Assembly: GCF_004010195.1 (NCBI RefSeq)
Contig: NC_057720.1
Span: 22,032,207-22,068,485 of the forward strand
Direction: 5' to 3'
DNA: 36,279 bases
Source of the DNA: Chiloscyllium plagiosum
Taxonomy: Eukaryota
Part shown: positions 35,062 through 36,279 of the stretch, one piece after another
Layout of the letters: every line of letters starts with the position of its first letter
Position numbering within the stretch: position 1 is the first letter of the stretch
Position numbers and translations under genes: made by a program
Notes under the pieces: generated by a model
Database searches by the model: none
What the model saw: only the letters and a program-made list of their open reading frames with translations
What the model was told of the DNA's origin: nothing

Positions 35062-35272
35062 AGATAAAAACAATGACTGCAGATGCTGGAAACCAGATTC
35101 TGGATTAGTGGTGCTGGAAGAGCACAGCTGTTCAGGCAGCATCCAAGGAGCTTCAAAATCGACGTTTCGGGCAAAAGCCTGATGAAGGGCTTTTGCCCGA
35201 AACGTCGATTTTGAAGCTCCTTGGATGTTGCCTGAACTGCTGTGCTCTTCCAGCACCACTAATCCAGAATCT
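35062..35272. mobile_element. Palindromic mini-PLE with a 14-bp flanking duplication
   Basis: Inverted arms meet at about 35178; the left arm has the 36-nt tail; tctctgctgtagat at 35052-35065 and 35270-35283 overlaps the element ends by microhomology. Confidence 0.92.
35179..35206 (+). ncRNA. Minimal hammerhead-like motif
   Basis: CUGAUGA-A-GGGC(UUUU)GCCC-GAAAC-GUC. Confidence 0.6.
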
Positions 35273-35943
35273 CTGCTGTAGATGCTGTTCTGTTTGAAGA
35301 ACATCCTCATGTTGTTAATGAGCACCGTGCTGCAGCTCTCTTAGCTCCCCATTGTACATCCCATAGCCTCGGTGTGTCTTCCAGTTGCTTTGATCAGAGA
35401 TTCCAAGGTTTGGGCAATGTCTTCTGTCTGGATGGTATTGGTACAAAGCCCTAGACAACACTGTGCACAGAAACCTGATGTTGAAACCCAGGGCCCTTGT
35501 TTGCCCCAGTGGAAGGAGGTGTTTTATTGTAGGTACTTTGGACAGTGTTAACCTCTGGACAGATAATAGCACCTCTCACCTGCATGGCAGTCCATGGAAG
35601 ATAGGACACTGTTACTCCCCCTGCATCTTCACGACGTCATGAGGGGAATCTATGCTGCAAGTTCATGGTGGGGGCTTGGTTCCACTTCATTGGATGTTTT
35701 TGCTGGTCCTGGGTTTGTGGGGCACATGGGTTTCTCATCCATTTGTGTAGCAGTGCTCAGTACAGTGTCTGCAAAGATTACCGTAATTTCTATGCCTGGA
35801 TCCACTGATGAGAGGGCTCCAATGAATTAGGACTTTGTCTGGAGGAGGGGAGCTGCTGTCAGTAAACAAATTAATGAGCGAGAAGCTGAAATATGCAAAG
35901 AAAAGAAAAGGAAAAGCAGGTATGAGATTATGGTCTGAAATTG

Positions 35944-36069
35944 TTAAAACTCAGTGTTAAGACGTGAAGGCTGTAACGTACCTACTCGAAAGAGATGTTG
36001 TTCTTCAAGTTTGTATTGAGGCTCACGGAATGAGCAGATCAAGGACAGATGCCAAAGTGAGAGGAAGGT
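35944..36069 (-). mobile_element. Old Neptune-type PLE GIY-YIG C-terminal fragment
   Basis: KLEEQHLFRVGTLQPSRLNTEF resembles the PLE C-terminal motif EQxLIFRLGTLxPxGxN. Confidence 0.7.
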
Positions 36070-36279
36070 GCAGACCCCAACAGGAATATACTTTCTCTGG
36101 ATTCTTGTTATCTCATTCCTGAAGGCTTCCCATTTTCCAGCCGTCCCTTTACCTGCGAACATCTGCCTCCAATCAGCTTTTGAAAGTTCTTGCCAAATAC
36201 CGTCAAAATTGGCCTTTCTCCAATTTAGAACTTCAACTTTTAGATCTGGTCTATCCTTTTCCATCACTATTTTAAAACA
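36070..36279 (-). mobile_element. CR1 ORF2 fragment (post-endonuclease), runs off the window
   Basis: VEVLNWRKANFDGIWQELSKADW..KWEAFRNEITRIQRKYIPV. Confidence 0.88.

Noticed and set aside
35062..35272. DNA-transposon MITE or pre-miRNA (likewise 21662-21890)
   Set aside because: The arms are the same sequence as the PLE terminus attached to coding sequence at 6971-7728, and they are asymmetric and meet without a spacer.
35944..36267. CR1-Penelope fusion protein (107 aa)
   Set aside because: Chance in-frame juxtaposition of two unrelated decayed fragments.
1..36279. ORFs in the supplied track as host genes
   Set aside because: The longer ORFs are TE fragments or their antisense frames, and the rest are short with no recognisable domains. 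No multi-exon host gene could be assembled.

Overview
Vertebrate genomic DNA, most likely a shark or ray, judged from the HE1-type V-SINEs and CR1 families. The window is dominated by nested, decayed retroelements, and no host gene can be called with confidence. It contains many CR1 LINE fragments (two retaining ORF1 esterase/endonuclease regions), L2-like remnants, four V-SINE (HE1-like) copies and other tRNA-derived SINEs. It also holds a near full-length but disrupted L1 (24824-31249) carrying three younger insertions, and a heavily decayed Ty3/Gypsy pol/integrase remnant with a candidate LTR (about 23143-24816, minus). Penelope-like elements (PLEs) include a Poseidon-type RT/GIY-YIG copy with an inverted pseudo-LTR, a Neptune-type fragment spanning a 318-N gap, and several short solo or palindromic pseudo-LTR copies. 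The most notable signal is a minimal hammerhead-ribozyme-like motif (CUGANGA-N-stem II-GAAAC-GUC) in the PLE termini of three families. Short copies truncate or fold back at this motif, and one arm of each inverted copy carries a reproducible 36-39 nt tail. Other oddities are a 39-bp SINE tail flanked by a perfect 82-bp duplication, a 21-bp minisatellite beside a CTCF-like motif, and two unverified exon candidates. All family names come from recalled motifs, not database searches.
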